A stretch of 64,000 bases of DNA, taken from assembly GCA_964199315.1 (NCBI GenBank), contig OZ116703.1, forward strand, positions 1,178,001-1,242,000, read 5' to 3'. The stretch comes from Orbicella franksi. Lineage: Eukaryota. A program made the translations under genes and the position numbers. A model generated the notes under the pieces. That model was not told the origin of the DNA and did no database searches. It worked only from the letters and a program-made list of their open reading frames with translations. Positions 11,021-24,430 of this stretch are shown piece after piece (position 1 is the first letter of the stretch; each line of letters begins with the position of its first letter).

Positions 11021-13435
11021 GCCTTCTGGGCCATCGTATATCCGACATTACTAACATATTTTCAAGCATAAGGCGCAGTTTTCATCGTTCAGTTTTCTTC
11101 GATTCACGTACGTAGAGAATCTTGTTTAGGGTAGTCGAATCATCCATAACTCTCGACATCAGGTTTAGTGGATTTCTTTTTATTCGGGTCTGTTATGCCA
11201 CGATGAATGCGAAAATTAATAAGCAAATAAAATATTGGTACGATCAGAAGTTGTATAAATGTTTCAGATCTTTACAAAAAATCGAAAATTAACTTACTAA
11301 CTTTGTTTGTAAAGCAATTCACATCGATGGTCAGTTGATCTTTTGATTCCCTAGTTCGATTTTAAGCGAGCTATGAAAATCGTATAAAAACGGTGTTTTT
11401 TCAAACGCATGACAGACACCGCTTGGTATCCCGATTTACTATTTGGGAATTTTTACTGCTGTGACTGGTGAAACAAGATATGAACCCTAAAATTCAATAA
11501 ACAAATGAAAAACCTTGCAGTTATGAGTGACCGGATCAAAGTCTAAGTTGCCTTCATCACAAACACGTGAAAAGGATATTTCCGTCATAATTTGTAGAGG
11601 TCGTTCGGGCCTTCATATTCTAGAATATCCTTCTAACTCAGTGTATCAATCAACATTGCCGGCATATATATGGGTAATAAAGAAAAATAACAATCATTTT
11701 GTCTACATCAATGAAAAACAATTGCGTTCTTACCTTCACTCACAGTAAGGACATGGACAAGGGAGAGGAGAAAAAATGCGATCACTGAATCCATCTCCGC
11801 TGCGAATTTTGCCGCTAATGTGCCTGCTGTAACCGGCTACAAAATGTTATTTTTCAGGGCAAAGCACAGAAGAAGCCTCTTAGCATTCGCTTACGACCAC
11901 AGACGCAGGATTGCAGACTCTTTCTTTCGACAACTCGCGCGAGCACGTGAAGTTCTCGCGGTCCTTGCAAAGCCCCGACACTCAGAAAAGTGAAAAAAAT
12001 GCCAAGCTTTTAGAATCCTTTTTCGCGTCTAGTCCAAAATGAACTAGGCGAGAAATCATCTAAGGAAATCCACAGAAAACTTAGGTAGCTCCTCCAGTTG
12101 CTGTTGCCAACCACAACCCGGCGGAGACCGGAATTCCGTTTTATGATAAAAATATGCACGTGTTTTTCCAAGAATTGATTGCAGAACGAAAAATAATGGT
12201 TTCGAGTTTCCAGCCACGTGCTGCTCGTGGGTGTCTAGCGAGATCACACCGCAGGCGATGACTACATAGGGGTTCGGAAATAATCCGCTTGGCTAGGATA
12301 ATTTGATAATACTCTTAATAGTGTTAAAACTGAGAAGTAGAATCCATAACAACCCCTCAATACTACCGCTAAAAATAAATGACCTTGCCTCCATGGGGTA
12401 CTGAACTAGATCACGGAAGAAATTCCCCCGACTGAATACCGTACATGATTTGCTATTTATTTTTTTCTATTTAATTCAATTTTTAGTGCCATCGAAAATG
12501 TATTGTAAGTATTGTAGAGGGTTGCAGGTTTATTAGCTTTGGCTATTTAATGCAAACCCTCTTTAAATAAAGTCTTTACCTTTTCTGTGGTAACTGCGGT
12601 AACTGTGAGAAATTGGAGACATATTAAGGCAGTACTTTTCCTCATTCAGTCCTAATTTTCTCCATTCTTCTACACGGAGATTATCAAAACCCTTGATTTT
12701 ATTCTACCTCAGCTTAAATAGACTTCTTCTGAAGCTAATTATATCATAATTTGATGTTAAGTACATCAACACAGGTTTCTCAAGTTGAAGATTTTGCTTT
12801 GGCATTACCATTTACTATTCATGGAAAAGAAAATTAAGATGTTGCTAATTTACTACTGGAATGTCAGCTTTCAACGAGCTCAGGGTGTTGTCGAACATTC
12901 GATCTTAAGTGTTTTGGCTTGTCTATTAAGATTCGAGAAAATAACAATTGTGTTTGCCTGTTTGTTTAACAAAATTCCTAAACACTCTTTGAGAAACATC
13001 TACCTTCAGTTACTTCCAGTTGCCCCAAAATTGTCAATGATCATTGAAAGTCTCCAATCCGAATTGACCGCGATTTTTTCATATGCTGTAAAATTGTACA
13101 TGTCTTCAAATTCGGAGTAATGGATACGCACTTATCAGGAACACAATATTTATGTGTGATTTACAGGCGAGACTTTGGCCAAGTTCTCACATTCCGATCA
13201 TATCACCAGACTTCTAACACAATAACCATGAATTAACATAACATAATAAACAAGAACGAAAAATGCTAACTATTGTATACGCGTAAACTTTTAAAAATCG
13301 ATTTGTCTAGCTCCATTTGAGAAAAATGTGACCCTAAAATGATACGCCGTCGGATCTCATAGCAAAAAACAAAAACTCTCTAAAAAATAACCAATAAAAA
13401 TTAATTATTTTCCGAACAGAAAAAATTGAGGTATG

Positions 13436-14832
13436 TACGGGTCCGCAAATGATCCCAGGACCGCAAATGATGCCGGACCGCAAATGATCCCCAAATTGGA
13501 CCGCAAATGATCCCGGACCGGAAATGATCCCCATATTGTACCGCAAATGATCCCGATCAAAAAATAAGGAATGGCATGGATGGTGGGATGGTGTGGATAG
13601 GGAATTGGCGTACGTGAATACCGATGTTTTTATTAAAGCCATCTTATAATTATACTGGCTTACAACTTGCTCTTTTTTTCATACTTTCGACTAAATTTTG
13701 TTGCTAACTACGATGTTATGAATATCACCACTCAATCATCAAAACACACCTTGGCTTGCATTTCTTTGCAATGCTCAGTAAAATTATGATCAGTGCAACA
13801 TATCCTCCTTTGTTAAACATTGATATTTCGATGTTATTGTTGAATCACATTTTATCAACCATTAACGCCACTCGCCTAAAGTTTTAAACTAAAATCTAAC
13901 CACGAAGCAACTATAACAGAAGACGCTGTCACATGAGTAGACTCACAAGCCTACAACGCTTCATCACTCTGTAAAACACCTAGTGTGTAGCACTGGAAAT
14001 TTGAACAAATTTATTTTGTAATTTTTCCTTGGTCGTATTTTGGCTTTAATTCCTCGGAAATGACTACTTGATTATTCTAAGAAGCCAAAATTCCCAGCTA
14101 TAGTTATGAAGTTTAGCTTCATAACCAAGCAAGGCCAAGGCTTGCGCTTCGTTTTGACAATTAGCTGTTTGATAGATGTTTGATACTATCGCCACCGGGA
14201 TTTCGAGAATGTTTACAAGTATGTGTTTTTCTAAGACTTGTAATCCAATAGATCGTCTTCACGTGACGTGTTTTTATCCTCATCAGGTACAAGAGGCGGT
14301 ATATTTATATCTGTTTACAATTAGCGTGCTTCGTTCGGACTCCAGGGGCCCGTTTCTCGAAAGCCCCAACATGGCGTTTTGTTACTGGGCTCTGTAAATT
14401 TCTGGGAAACATTTACGACGAATATCTGAAGTTTGGGGAAACGCACAGGCCTAAAACTTGGAGAATTGTCTTATTTAGTTATCTTCTATGGCGCACATCA
14501 CAATTTGTTAGCTTTTTCCATTGTTTGGTTTTCGAATTATTATTTTCTTTTATTGCGTGACAGTGAAAACGATCTGTACCCTTCGAAGAACAACACAGCA
14601 GCTGTGGAATATTTTTTTTGTAAAATGATAAAACATGTTTTTTAGTTCATAATTTTTGTACATGTTGTCACCTTCCTCTGATATAAATCCATGCCATTCC
14701 TTATTTTTTGATCGGGATCATTTGCGGTCCAATATGGGGATCATTTCCGGTCCGGGATCATTTGCGGTCCAATTCGGGGATCATTTGCGGTCCGGGATCA
14801 TTTGCGGTCCTGGGATCATTTGCGGACCCATA
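13436..14832. mobile_element. Non-autonomous TIR element (1,397 bp) with TAC/ATA termini and 146-bp array-containing TIRs
   Basis: 13436-13581 and 14687-14832 are inverted repeats, 142/146 identical, each with 6 GACCGCAAATGATCCC-like units. No coding capacity; TSD ambiguous. Confidence 0.85.
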
Positions 14833-16084
14833 CGGGTATCTCTCGATGAGGAAACTTGCTGTTTATACAGACAGCAAAAGCAGGCGGGACTTAAGATTTT
14901 ATAAACAATGCTACATTAAAGTTAGATATCGCTAAAAGACTTCGCGGAGAGACATTCAATAGGATTGTCAATGTTGCAGCGAGACAGTTGTGTCGTAACT
15001 AATAAACACAGACGCCTTAGCTTATCAACTTTCCATTTTTTTTTTCAAAATTAAAGGTTAAAAGATGATAGCCGGAAATGATAGAAGACGCGTTGGTAAG
15101 GCGAAGGTTTTCCACCTTTGATCAAAGTGAGAGGCTAAAGAATTTCACCGAGGTACAATCGAGAATGGCCTTTATGTTTTGAAACGCCTACTGCTAAGTC
15201 TAATCAAAACACAGGAATGGGAAGTTTCCGGACAAATATTGACTTAAAAAAGGCGCAATTTGCATGCCACTTCACTACAAAGCTGTGAACTGCTGGACGG
15301 GAGGGAAAAATAAAATCATTCAAGCAAGCAAGTCTAGCTGAAAGAGAAAAAACGTTCTGAAACTTCTTACAGTCTAATCTGATATCCATCCAATGATTAC
15401 TCTCTTTTTTGTATAACTAACAGCTTACTGAAGCATGCGATTTTCAGTACTATGTCCTGCATGTGCTTTTAGCTGATTATGATAGCTCTTTTACAACATA
15501 GGGTATTGTAAGATACAAATGTTTGTAACATGCATTTCCAGGCCGATGTTATAAACATGGCAAAATGCGATTTCAGTGTTAAATCAGTGGCGTCTAAATT
15601 ACCGTCCACTTTCCACGTAGAATAATCGTATCTCAACTCACCTCCAAGAAATGCAAGGATAATCCAGATAGCTTTCACAGAGGAAGCGTAATTTGTATTT
15701 ATCCCTTCTGTCCCCATTTTGCCGCAGAACTGTGAGTTTTCTTTGCTTGAGGGTCGAGAACTGACCATCGAAGGACGTTTTTTGGACTGATTCCTCGAGA
15801 ATTCTGACGCCGCCCGATTGAGTATGTGCTCAACAAATTATTATGTAGATTCAGTGTCCAGAATATTAAAATTTTGCTGCGAAAAATGTCAAGCGACTTT
15901 ATTTGTGTACTCTTCTTGATTGACAGCAGTTTTTTAATCTTCAATTCTTGAAATAACTGTTTGTGTTAGTCATACTCTGCTTGCCAGTATAAAACGTAAC
16001 AGCGTCACGTATCGTCAAGGTGATTTCGCAAGAGAACGAAAGTTTCACTATTTCAATATTGATACTTGTTTGTTTAAACATTCC

Positions 16085-16262
16085 ATGGCGATAACTTCAC
16101 GCATTAAGACCGACGTAAGGAGCAAATTTTCTTCAGGCACGGAATCACTGAGATTAGATCTAATGAATGTATTTTGGTATACCGTTACGTCTATGACCGC
16201 GGTGAATTTTACATCTTTGTTTGGGGGAGGGATGTCTTGTTTCCTCAAACACAGCCTGCAAC
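16085..16262 (-). CDS. Unassigned exon-like segment
   Basis: Strong pyrimidine tract tttctttctttcattgccccactcttag followed by an open frame CRLCLRKQDIPPPNKDVKFTAVIDVTVYQN...; no family recognised; boundaries approximate. Confidence 0.25.
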
Positions 16263-19200
16263 TAAGAGTGGGGCAATGAAAGAAAGAAACTCGAAAAGGA
16301 AAAAAGTATTCCAACTCGTATACATCACCGTCAATTTTCACAATTTTTAAGTGTTTTGCATCACGTATCCATAGTTATTTATGACGTATCTAAAAGCATT
16401 GTAGAAAACACATGCTGACATTATATCATAGCATTTCATTTTCCGTTCAAGTGTCTTTGACAAAGAACTTAAAGTAAAGACGCTCACTCGGTTAAGAAAC
16501 TGCCGTATCTTGCCGGCTTTATTTTAAGTAAAAAGAAAAACAGCTTTGACTTTTCCGCACTAAATTTGATTTCAATCTTTGATAATCTTTCAAATGCGCA
16601 ATCGTCTTCAGTTGACAGTTTTCGTAACTTGTTCCAACCAGCTGATTGATTGACAAGATATTTATAGCATACTGTACAGCGAAATTACTAAATCTCGAGA
16701 AATAGTGAAATATACTTTCTCACGAATCTTAAACAATAGTCAAGTGGTCAACTAGCTACAATTGTTTGAAATTAATTAAGACAAGGCCTAATAACCTCAG
16801 GTTCTTTCATGCCGTCTTGGTGGTAATTAGAGGGTATGTTGACATGTTTTCTTTTTTTGACTTGTTCAAGTGTTCTTGGGACCTGTAAACGCTTAAGACA
16901 CATGATATAGGTCACGTGCAGTGAGTCCTTTACCAGCTAATGTATAAGTATGTCACTCCGCAAAAACACCATAAAAGATTAAGTACTGAGTCTAATAAAC
17001 GTGTTCTATTATAGCTGGGGCAGTTGCCATAAACTCGTCGGCTAGTAAATCTAATTCGCTTGCATGAAAGCAAAATATAAGAGTCGTCTGCTCACAGCCT
17101 AGTAATTTCGAATTGCTCTTAGACTACGAGCAGACTCTCTTATTTCACACTTTTCCAGCGTGACGTATTAAAATAGGTAATTGTGGGAGCAGATTCAGAG
17201 CCACCTTAAATTTTCGGGAAATTAAAGTGACTCTGAAGCCCTTGCCAACTTGGATAAACATCCTACCAACACTGAGATCGGTAACACAAAATGGGATCAC
17301 GTGCCGAACTCGTTTTTGAGTGATAAAGTGTTTTTAACTGGTTATGGGGTTGCTATGGTGGCCTTTTGCGTCACGGAAATGTCCATGACTTGTCCACTAA
17401 TCTCAAATAAACTTCTGCCTTTAAACTAGGTGTCACGTACTTGGTAATGTAATATGGATTTTCCAGGTGTCCATCTAATTGAGGTGTTTCGTCAAGGGAG
17501 GGGTGTCTGTACGTTGCAGCAAGATTCTTAAAGTCTTTAAATCTTGGAATGCCAAGTTTTGAACTATCTTTGCAAATCCTCATTGAAGCATTTTCTAGCC
17601 TTACTCATTCTACTGATAAACTACTGTTCATTGTCAAACGAGCTCCACTGAAATTAAATGAGCCAGTTTATTGCAGGTGACACCATAACACTCAGTCCAT
17701 TTGGTTTTGGTCAGTCGTCAATGAATGAAACATGTCTGCTATCGTCGATCCAATACATGTGAGTAATAGGCCCATCAGGATCTTGAACTGACTGAAAATA
17801 GAAGTGAAATAGTTGTTACCAAGGAAACAATTTTGATCTTTGAGTGTTGGCCACTGTATTTTCTACGGCATGGTATAAAGAACGCTCGTGCGAATACAGT
17901 GAAAACACAAGCGACTCGTGCCATATTTCATGGTATACTGACTCGAAAGTGTTGCATAACTAGTATTTATTTGACCACTACTTATTCCATAATAGATCCG
18001 TTAAACAGTTGTTTACCTGATGATTTGGCTGATAGCGGTGTGCGTTCGCAGTGTATTCAACATTGAACGCGAATTTGACAGTCTTTTCATCAACTTGTTT
18101 TGCAAAATTACCTTCTCCTTTTTACGGTCAGGAAACAACACATTATAATCATAATATTTGTTTTTCTTGATCGAGGAGATAAAAGCGCCTTTTATCAGTA
18201 TGATGAATAGGTCTGGCAGTTCAAGATTGGGCTTTTCCTCAGTTGTTATTTTTCGCACGACGATTCTGCCGTCATCTAATTAAATAAACTCATATCCCTT
18301 CTGGAACCGGGGTAGGAAAATTAAGAAGGGTTTCGGGTTACAAGATATTACCAAAACTCATCCGCTACCTCCCCTTAAATCAGCTTGGCAGCCGGCCAGC
18401 AGGACCATGACATTGAGGTCGACGGCTATGTTCTTTATCTTTTCTTTGTGTCTTTCAGGCTTTTCTGTCAAGCTGATTAGTTATTATTCCGAAGATACCT
18501 TACTGTAGATGTCACACATGAGAAAAAGCACGACAGAGTTAAGTCAGATCTTTCTCAGAGATAGATCCTTTGTATTAATGGTGCCGATATTTGAATAACA
18601 ATACTTATACATCCATAGCCTCGCATTCATGTGGAAGATTCTTTGCCTGAAAACATCAGCACGAGGCTAAGGATGTACAAAGTAATGTTATCTAAATTAT
18701 GTAAAGGGTCTATGACGTAACGTATTACAAACGAGTCATGTGAAGTTATAAACGACAGTCAGTTTGTGGAAAGCATCTCATATGAAATGACTCACTGATT
18801 TAATTTGAAAATACGTATGAACACAAAAATGGAGTGTACGTGTGCTTCTGTTATTGGCTCCTTACATTGGAGCAGCCTTTAAATAATCAAAGTAAATGTG
18901 CTCAGTTGCATGTTGGGGTGGGGAGGGGTGGTATAAGGAATAAACCGCGCCGGTCGGAGAGTATCGCTTAGTATAGGTAGGTAAAAATCAACAGTACTAC
19001 TAACAGTAATTAAAAGCACTTTGCTTCAAGAGGCATTGAACCCGATCACAGATGCAATTCTGCTGGCCGTACATGATATCAAGACAGCACGTATCCGGCA
19101 GTTTACGATTTTCTTCATTTTCACTCCATTCTCTAAGACCGAGATCATCAAACCCTTGGCTTCCATCTGAACGTATTTTCAACGTGGTCAACTAGCTAAG

Positions 19201-22102
19201 AATGTCACTTTGTAAAAACAGGATCACAGACGAACTGCCGCGTCTAATAAACCTGTTCTGGTATAATGGCAGGAAGACAGGTCATACGTATAACAGCTAC
19301 AACACTAGTCAAAACTGACTACGCAACGTCGTGTACTGCTGCAACGTTCGCCTTTGAAGACATAAACTAGTTTGTTGCACACAGACTGTCAGAAAAATGT
19401 GAATCCCATGGAGGAGGTTTGGCGAGAGAGGGGAGGGTGAGAGGAGGCTAAAACGTTTTCCGGCTGTGGAACCTGGTGATCTAGTGCTTTACTCTCTTTC
19501 TTTGATTCTCGTCTCTCGGAGCGCTCAAAGACCATTCAGCTTCACAGGTTACCAGTCTGTTCACACTTTTACTTTTACTTATTTTGAAGTTTTAAACCAA
19601 CACACAATCTATCACCATGGCATCTCATGGATACTGTTAACATTAAATTGTGTCCTGAGTACAATATTACAACCAATGGTTGTAGTCTTTTTTTTTTACG
19701 ATCATCGGAGAGAAACATGGTTCTTACATTTAGAGGCAGGCATCTCCTATCTTCTGTTACCTTGTTAGGAAGGCTTTTAGTTTTTTTCTTTGACCTTAGT
19801 TAAAAAGTTTCTTTGTTGAGCAGCGGCAAAGGCTTAAAAATACCCAGTGTTTGCGCAATTGTGCGCGATTTTAGAACCATTTTCGAAGGGCGGAGTGAAA
19901 CTCTCTCTAGAAGCTAAAACTCTCATGTAACTGAAGATGTTTCGTCTTTCCTCAGTCATGGCCAGGACAAATGGCGAGGAAACTGAACTTTTGCGTCTGT
20001 TGTTGGAGTTTGTGACTCACACGAGTCGATTGTTTTGTTCATATTTAGTCTTAATGATATAAAGCCTGAAAATGTGGCAGCGTTCTTTTTCTCCAGAACC
20101 ATTAATTCGAACATAGTTGAAATTAGTTCAGAAGTTGTCAGGCGGCTTTGTCACAGATCAAATCATTTTTCTTAAGGAGTGATAGTATTGTCGGTCGCTG
20201 AAATGGAACGAGAGACACCATCTTCATCGTTAATGACTTCAGCGGAAACACACGAAGCAGAGTAAGAAGCGGAAGTACAGGGAGTCTTATTGGAACTCTC
20301 AGAGGAACTCTCACAGGCAGGACAGGACTTCCCTTGTTTCTGCATGTTTGCCTCACACCTGCAAAGATAGATCACGACTTAATTAAAAGAACAAACATAT
20401 AGCACTTGTCTACAAAACAAACTTTTTCGCTGCCAACGAAACCTGATATGACACCCTCGAAAGTGTGACAGAATGACTGGCTGATGTCTCATCTCGTTCA
20501 GAATTATATCATACAAATTGCATATTCTACAGTATGTATGTAAATTCGTTTGTTTTAAAAGAATCCTTACTCGAGCAAAATTCTTTTTCTCGGATTCCAG
20601 GGCGGCTTGATGTTTCGTTGTTCAAGTTGGTCCCAGTTTAAGGACTGGAAGAACTCGTGTTTTCTAATCCACGGGTTTGATCCACCCTTGTAACCAGCCC
20701 TTCTCAAGAGGTTCGTTTCCAAGAGCTAAAGAAAGCAAACCAAGGGTAAGATATTGTAATTCTAAGAGACATCTGTATTGGCTAACGAGGTGTTTTGATG
20801 AGTGCGAATGTCTACAATATCTAGAATTATGGCAGCTGAAAAAAAGGCATCAGTATTTGAAGTTATCTTTTGTACAACCCAGTGAAACCCTCGGTTGTTT
20901 AAACATAAACTTAAAAATGTAGTTTAAAAGTAACTTTCCACTGATGTAATAAAAAGAAGTTGTCTTTGTATGAAGAGGCTAGGGAAAAATGCATGTCAGA
21001 ACAGCTGTCGTAAACTTACCACATAAACTGTAGTTAGCTCTCGCTGAATATATATAATCGTTAGTTTTGGAATAGAAAATGAAATTTACTCTGCACTATG
21101 TCTACCTACCTGTGTTAGTAAATTCCAAGCAATCTGAGACAATTCACGCTTATATTCCACCTCGTCCGTACAAATGGAGTTATAGAGGTCTTCAATGTCT
21201 TTTTTTATGAAACGGCATCTGTTCACGAAAAAAATGAAAACACATCAAACCGGGCATGTTAAAGGCCTTGATTCATGGTTGCTGACGTCAGATTAGAGTC
21301 CTATTTCCCAGTCCTCCTTTGCAAAATGGCGGCGTTTATTCATTACTCCAAGGGATATCGGGGGTAGACTATTATATATTTTTGTTTGTTACGCGTGAAA
21401 AAAAAGAAAAACAAGCAAAACAAGGAAAACTGTTTTGGTTTACGTTTTTCGATTTTGTATCTAAACAATTAAGTGGTCGATGCAAGGGTTTTTTCGACTT
21501 CGTCAACACTAAACACCGAAATTTACCATTTATCCTAAAAGCATCGAAGTTCTATCATCGAGTTTCTGAAAACTGTTAATTACAAGAGAATCGACAGCTG
21601 AAACTAAAGTCACATCTAACTTGGAAAAGCACAACTTCTGTCACAAACCATGGATGTGAGCATATAGTAAAGCATCACTCCAAGCGACCACCAGTCACAA
21701 CAGGAATCATATGGCTGGTGTTCAATTACCTCAAAAAAAGTCATAATGAGAATCAAGACGTCATCACGGTTGTATCATTGATTTTAATGTAGCGAAGTGT
21801 AAAGAGCATGTCGAGCGACACTTAACAGGATGAGTCAAGATCTCAGATAATAACACAGAAAGATTAAAACGAAAAGCAAGGCAAACATAAAGCTGTTTGT
21901 TCATCTCGTCACCAATTGGACTAAAACGACGTCAACGAGTCATTTTTCTCAGAGGACGAGCACTCAAACTCGCGCGAAAATCACCTCGCGAGAGACGCGT
22001 CTCCTCATGCAATCTGATTTTTAGAGCGACATAAGTGTGCTTGCCTTCTTGCGTGCTCGTGTGCTCGTGGATGTGTGCTCGCGTGCTGGCTGACTAACAC
22101 TA

Positions 22103-22470
22103 GGGAGTTTACGAAACCACGACGGCGAAGCCGAGGACAACGTCGATTTAAACATGATTTTATATTTTATCCACGAATCTCCCGATACTGCTCTACAGTC
22201 ATTTACCTTATTTATCACTGTCAAAACTATCGCAAAACTAAATCCGGAACACAGTGACAAATTTGAAATAAAAATTAAAAAAATTAGCCGTCGTGGTTCA
22301 CGTTCTCCAGACAACGCAAAATTTGGTCAGTTCACGTTGTTGTCTTGCAGGGGACGGCTAAGAAATGTACCAAGAATTATAACGCACGTGCACAGCCATT
22401 GTACTGCTCATTAATTCTTTTGTTCCATGGCGTTCCCGTTGCCGTTGCCGTCGTGGTTTCGTAAACTCCC
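22103..22470. mobile_element. MITE in a kinase intron
   Basis: Perfect 24-bp TIR GGGAGTTTACGAAACCACGACGGC / GCCGTCGTGGTTTCGTAAACTCCC; related copy at 63206-63672. Confidence 0.8.
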
Positions 22471-23388
22471 CAGTACTGAAAAGAATGCGGGACAGTTCAT
22501 ATTTTAGATCCTTCTATTCGATAGCATAGGTCAGACGTTATTATTTCTAATTATTTGTTATTTTTTGATACTTGAGGTTAGACATACTTCAGGCGCGATA
22601 AATGAAGGTGTCCCGGTTTCCCAATCTTCTTCGATTTTCTCGCCCAGCCACATGTCATCCACTGCTAGACCAAAGTCGGCGAGTTTGAGGTGTCCCTCCT
22701 CATCCATAAGGACGTTCTGAAGCTTCAAGTCTCTGTCGTAATAATATGAAAAATAGAAACAGTTACAAGACTTTGAAGTGGCTTCCATACAAAGTAGTTC
22801 TAGTTCCCCAATATTAGTGCAAGCTCAAAACATGAGAGGACTGGGTACAAGTTATTTAAATCTATAGCAAGTCACCGAATCATCTTTGACAATTTAAGCT
22901 CAAAAGTAGCAAAATGACCGACTTGTAAAAATTAGCTAAGCTCATAGAAATGACCTGTCTACTCAATCCATACAAGCTTCTATGACTTGCATATATTAGG
23001 CTTATATATTATTAGCTTTGTAAAATCGACGAACTTTTAGAGCTTTTGTATGAATTGAGAAATATTAGTACAGTCTTGTTAAGAAATGTTAGCGCGGTTT
23101 CAATTGCGTGTCGTTAAGCCAAAACAAAGGCAATCGCTTTAGCCAATCACAAAGAACACAGACAATCCACTGAACCAATAAAAACTCGAAGTAAGTACGC
23201 GAAGCGCGGGAAAACGTGTACGAACAAGTAACGATTGGTTTTGGTTTTGGTTTTACTTCTGGTTGGAAAAAACAGAATGGGCGCGATATTTTTTTGGGCC
23301 AATCGGGTAGCGTGATATGTGCAAAGTCAATTACTTTTCAAAACTCAAAGGAAAACCGCTCTAGTAACCGCACTGTACTCTAACCTTG

Positions 23389-23658
23389 TTATGTGGCTCC
23401 TGCTTATAGCCGATATAACGCGCGCTGTGATTGGCCATTTGTAGGGCATTATTCTCCCGTAATGCCCACGGGCCGATTACGGGTCCGCAAAACCAAAGCA
23501 AAAAGCCATATAATAAACAACTTATTAACCTCTAACGTTCGGTCTTTATGGGAAAATCTCAAACCTTGCCCTGCCGTATTGACCGCGCTATCGCTCAGTC
23601 AATACGGCAAGGCCAAGGTTTGAGATTTTCGCATAAAGACCTCAATCTCGGTTAATAA
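23389..23658. mobile_element. Hairpin-ended non-autonomous element (Crypton-like, inferred)
   Basis: Imperfect palindrome TTATTAAC...GTTAATAA at 23522-23658; same design as 46121-46584 in the opposite orientation. Confidence 0.55.
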
Positions 23659-24397
23659 GTAGTTAGCATTGTACGTATTCATGTGTGTGGTAATTAATGA
23701 GAAACGTGCTGTAAAATGAAGCAACTTCGATTTTACCTATGGACCACTCCTTGCAAATGGAGATACTCCAAACCAGAGATAATTTCAGCGATGTAGAATC
23801 TAAAACCATAAAGATTGAAAACATCACACTAATGAAACTATTTAGTATTATTAGATCAGAGACCATTATAAAATGGGGTTACGCTTTAAAAATATCGACC
23901 ATCAAATGTCTGTTACCATCCAAAGAACCATTAAGACACTTCATCTTGACTTTGTTTATCGTGAAACGGATTGTTTCTAATACAGTTATTTCTCCTCGTA
24001 TTCTATGCCAGAAAGGCTTAAAGTTTTAAATGCCGCAATCTAGCTTTCTTCACACATTAAGAGCCTATGAAGCTCTATGACTGAAAGATAGTCTTCTTCT
24101 CTATAGATATTAATTGCGCGTCTGTGAACTTTTGAGTAGCAATTATATATTAACGACTCGATGACGGCACGGCGCCACAAACTTGTTACATATTCAATTT
24201 CATCCTACCTCTCTTGCAATTCGCTGAACAGTTTTTTGTGTAACTCGAAAACGTTCTGCAGTTATAGTTACAATATTACGAAATACAAAGCCGCCTTTAG
24301 CACGCCAGGGGCATTGCTAGAGAATAATAATCTCGGATACTCTCCACTTCCGGGTGCGTCACGTGGCGTGTTTGGACCAATCGCATACGGGAAAGAA

Positions 24398-24398
24398 A

Positions 24399-24430
<32 letters not shown>

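Larger units (their letters stand above)
5942..11038 (+). mobile_element. Autonomous IS3EU-like DNA transposon (5,097 bp) encoding a DDE transposase and a HECT E3 ligase
   Basis: Termini TACGATGGCCCAGAAGG... / ...CCTTCTGGGCCATCGTA; TIR 60/61 identical; flanking direct repeat TATCCG at 5936-5941 and 11039-11044; two intact convergent ORFs. TAY..RTA ends with a 6-bp TSD and two ORFs match the IS3EU superfamily description as I recall it. Confidence 0.88.

Noticed and set aside
24209-24255. NVFELHKKLFSELQER as the missing kinase exon
   Set aside because: The phases fit, but it lacks the hinge and GGDL-like residues and lies inside the suspected insertion.
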